A model generated the notes under the pieces. That model was not told the DNA's origin and made no database searches. It worked only from the letters and a program-made list of their open reading frames with translations. DNA of 64,000 nucleotides from Alphaproteobacteria bacterium (GTDB lineage Bacteria > Pseudomonadota > Alphaproteobacteria > MPNO01 > UBA830): contig OZ251539.1 of NCBI GenBank assembly GCA_965243135.1, forward strand, positions 5,728,001 to 5,792,000. Direction: 5' to 3'. Both the position numbers and the translations under genes were made by a program. Positions 61,694-64,000 of the stretch are shown one piece after another (the stretch's first letter is position 1; every line of letters starts with the position of its first letter).

Positions 61694-62416
61694 TCAAACG
61701 GCGAGTCGCCGCGAACCGGCCGTCCCGGCGATTCGCGTCAGCGCCGCGCGCGCTTCGTCCGGGTTGCGGACCGGCGTATCGAAGTCCAGGCGGCTCGTCC
61801 GCCGCCCGTCGCGCAGATCGACCCCTTCCGGATCGATGCCCGTCATCTTCCAGCCCCCGTCCGGGAGCCCGAGAAGCCGGGCGGCGGGCGACTCGGCCGT
61901 GCGGCCCTCCCGGGCCAGAATTTCGGCTTCCGCCCCGGCGAGGGCGTCGCCGGCGTCGAACAGCAGATCCTCGCCCGCAATCCAGGCGGTCCGGCCGAAG
62001 CCGGAAATCAGATGCGCCCGTTCCACGGCCATCGCATGGAGGCGAAAGTCCGGGAATTCCAGCCAGACCGCCGGATGGCGGGCGGCGTAGCGCATCCGCA
62101 ACGCCTCGTCCGCGGAGTTCTCGAGGCGCCCCATCACGGCGAGCCGCTTGCCCGCGAGCGGATCTTCAAGTCCTCCGGTTCCGTCGAAAAGCAGCGAGCA
62201 GCGCGAGTCGACCGCGAGATTCCGCGCGTGCTGCGCCAGATCGGAAATCAACGTCAGCGGCCGCCCGCGGTGGTCGCAGGCGGCGAGAACCAGAGATCCG
62301 TAAGGCCATCCGTCGATCGCGGTCGAAAGAACGGCGCGGTCGGAAGATCGGACGAGCCTTCGGGCCGCCCTCGCCGCGGCGGTGGAGCCGCGCGCCGTTC
62401 GCGCTCCGGGCGTCAG
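61694..62416 (-). CDS. Pyridoxamine 5'-phosphate oxidase/HugZ-like protein (probable CTG start)
   Basis: The frame is open upstream of the annotated TTG through AARRLVRSSDRAVLST..GWPYGSLV; ISDLAQHARNL, DFRL, GFG, GIDPEGVDL; CTG at 62416 overlaps the upstream stop (CTGA). Confidence 0.75.
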   Translation of the reverse strand: MTPGARTARGSTAAARAARRLVRSSDRAVLSTAIDGWPYGSLVLAACDHRGRPLTLISDLAQHARNLAVDSRCSLLFDGTGGLEDPLAGKRLAVMGRLENSADEALRMRYAARHPAVWLEFPDFRLHAMAVERAHLISGFGRTAWIAGEDLLFDAGDALAGAEAEILAREGRTAESPAARLLGLPDGGWKMTGIDPEGVDLRDGRRTSRLDFDTPVRNPDEARAALTRIAGTAGSRRLAV

Positions 62417-63069
62417 TGGGGGGCTTGAGCCATCGCCATCATGATCGAGCGCTCGATCTCGGCGATGGCCCCGCCGACCTCGCGGCCTATCAAGTCCATC
62501 TTGCGCAGCTGCTCGATCCGCGGAGAGACGCGGTCGATTTCCTTGTCGGAAAAGATGTCGCGAAGGAGGTTGCAGGCGTCGACGAGGCAGATCATGGCGA
62601 CGTCCCTCGGATCGGGAGCGTCGTCCGACAGCAGCACGCCGGTGATTCGAAGCTTGGCTTCGCGCTCCGCGCGGCCGTCGATCGCCGGGTATCTCCGCGA
62701 CCGGAAGACCCAGAGAAACTTTTCGTCGCGGGCTTCGAGGATGCCGCGTTCGATGAGGCTGCCGAGCGCCTGTTCGCGGATCGACGCCGCCTCGGTCCGC
62801 GACAGGGTTTCCACCCAGCTCTTGGCGTCCTTGACTTCGTCGGATTTCGCGATGTGCGCGAACGCCTGGTCGAGCATTGGATTTCCGGTCGGGTTCCGGT
62901 CGAGCACCACGAGTTGCTTCGGGTCGGTATCGATGCGGTTGGCGAACGCCAGATCCATCAGCACCGCGCCCGCGAGGACGTATTCGACGGTGCTTTCGCG
63001 GACCGGGAGGAACGTTCCGTCCTCGTCGTCGAGCATCAGCAGCATGATCTCTTCGGCGAATGTCAGCAT
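62413..63069 (-). CDS. GPP34 (Golgi phosphoprotein 3-like) family protein
   Basis: LTFAEEIMLLMLDDEDG, LAGAVLMDLAFANRI, PTGNPMLD, LIERGIL...FLWVF..RRYP. Confidence 0.8.
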   Translation of the reverse strand: MLTFAEEIMLLMLDDEDGTFLPVRESTVEYVLAGAVLMDLAFANRIDTDPKQLVVLDRNPTGNPMLDQAFAHIAKSDEVKDAKSWVETLSRTEAASIREQALGSLIERGILEARDEKFLWVFRSRRYPAIDGRAEREAKLRITGVLLSDDAPDPRDVAMICLVDACNLLRDIFSDKEIDRVSPRIEQLRKMDLIGREVGGAIAEIERSIMMAMAQAPH

Positions 63070-63088
63070 GGGGTACGGCTCCCCTCGT

Positions 63089-63424
63089 TCAGGATTCCGC
63101 CGCGAGGGCGTCGTCGCGTGTCTTGTGGCATTCGATGATCGACATGAAGCCGCTCACCTCCATGACTGCTTCGCATTCCGGCTGGAGTTCGCAAATGACA
63201 AGCTTTCCATCGTTCTGCTGGCATTTTCTCGCGCCGATGAGCACGGAGCGCAATCCCGCGCTGCTGATGTATTCCATTCCCGCGCAGTCCAGCAACACCC
63301 GGGCGTCGCCGCGCGCCACGATTTCCGACAGCCGCGCTTCGAGATCCGGCGCGGTATAGCCGTCGACCCGGCCGGTCAACGAGACGATGACCAGCGCCCC
63401 CTGCTTCTCCTCAGCAATTTCCAT
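63089..63424 (-). CDS. STAS-domain anti-sigma factor antagonist
   Basis: GRVDGYTAPDLE, LLDCAGMEYISSAGLR, VMEVSGF. Confidence 0.88.
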   Translation of the reverse strand: MEIAEEKQGALVIVSLTGRVDGYTAPDLEARLSEIVARGDARVLLDCAGMEYISSAGLRSVLIGARKCQQNDGKLVICELQPECEAVMEVSGFMSIIECHKTRDDALAAES

Positions 63425-64000
63425 CGGATTGCCGTTCCATCCAGATGAGCGGGCAGATTCATCCGCCACGATGGCAATAGTATAGCTCGAACCGGCGGCG
63501 GCGGCAACATGCGATTCGGCGGGCGTCATTGACGGACGATATGACCGGTCTGCGCACCAAATGACCTGTCCGGTTCCGCAAGGCTGCCGGACCAGGGAGA
63601 CAACGGACGGAACGCCTGCAGGCGCCGGGGAAGTTCGAGGAGGCGACGTTCGCGCGTCCGGGCGGCGCGACCCGCCGGAGTTCCGCGAGTTTTGCGCAGG
63701 ATCGCTTTCCCGCAGGCCCAACCGCCGCCGCCGGTCGCGCGCGGTCCAACATGTTCTCGATGCCGCCAAGCCCAGCTTGGACGACGCCCGTCCCGCCGCC
63801 GCGGCGACGGGACGAGCCGATACCGGCGCAGAACGCCGTGGACGACCCGGCCGGACGCGACGGCGTTTGCGAAACGGCCGGACCGGCGGACGGCTGCGCC
63901 TGCCGAGCCGGCGAGGACGACGCGTTATTTGGCGGGCGCGGCGAAGAGGGCGCGACGTTGCCGCCGTCTCGGCGCCGCCTCGGTCGATCGGAAAATCGCC

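Noticed and set aside
1014-62428. Many long antisense or alternate-frame ORFs (e.g. 1014-2315, 25162-27375, 35925-38105, 50515-52746, 56293-58200, 59861-62428)
   Set aside because: They are shadows of real genes in high-GC DNA, Arg/Gly/Ala-rich and without recognisable motifs
1-64000. CRISPR array, tRNA/rRNA, integrase or prophage genes
   Set aside because: I saw no regularly spaced repeats, RNA gene signatures, recombinase or phage structural motifs

Overview
GC-rich bacterial chromosomal window. The gene content suggests an alphaproteobacterium, possibly host-associated; this is inference. Housekeeping and metabolic genes alternate with many lower-GC defence, toxin-antitoxin and IS cassettes. 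The metabolic genes are an ALDH, two TRAP transporter operons, SDR/amidohydrolase, PhyH, EamA, a multicopper oxidase, polA, a Fe3+ ABC transporter with a Fur-like box, a TM0106 nuclease-helicase and pckA. The accessory cassettes are DUF1778/GNAT TA, a HEPN pair, a Sll1717-like ATPase, an ImmA-like module, AAA+DUF4276, a KpnI-like R-M, AlbA_2-HATPase, AAA-PD-(D/E)XK and a Menshen-like operon. Most of these cassettes are damaged by frameshifts, stops or IS insertions, and four IS elements have readable ends and target duplications. The main highlight is a six-gene operon at 40.6-50.5 kb that I do not recognise as a named system: ParB-like, PD-(D/E)XK-like, SNF2 helicase (split by IS66), ParB-like, B12-type radical SAM and GHKL/MORC-like ATPase. 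It is a candidate DNA-modification or defence system. Other highlights are a cryptic AhpD-like CxxU selenoprotein, an IS66 with three terminal repeats and a DUF4338 passenger, and a dispersed 100-250 bp repeat lying upstream of several cassettes. All family calls were made by eye from motifs, not from database searches.
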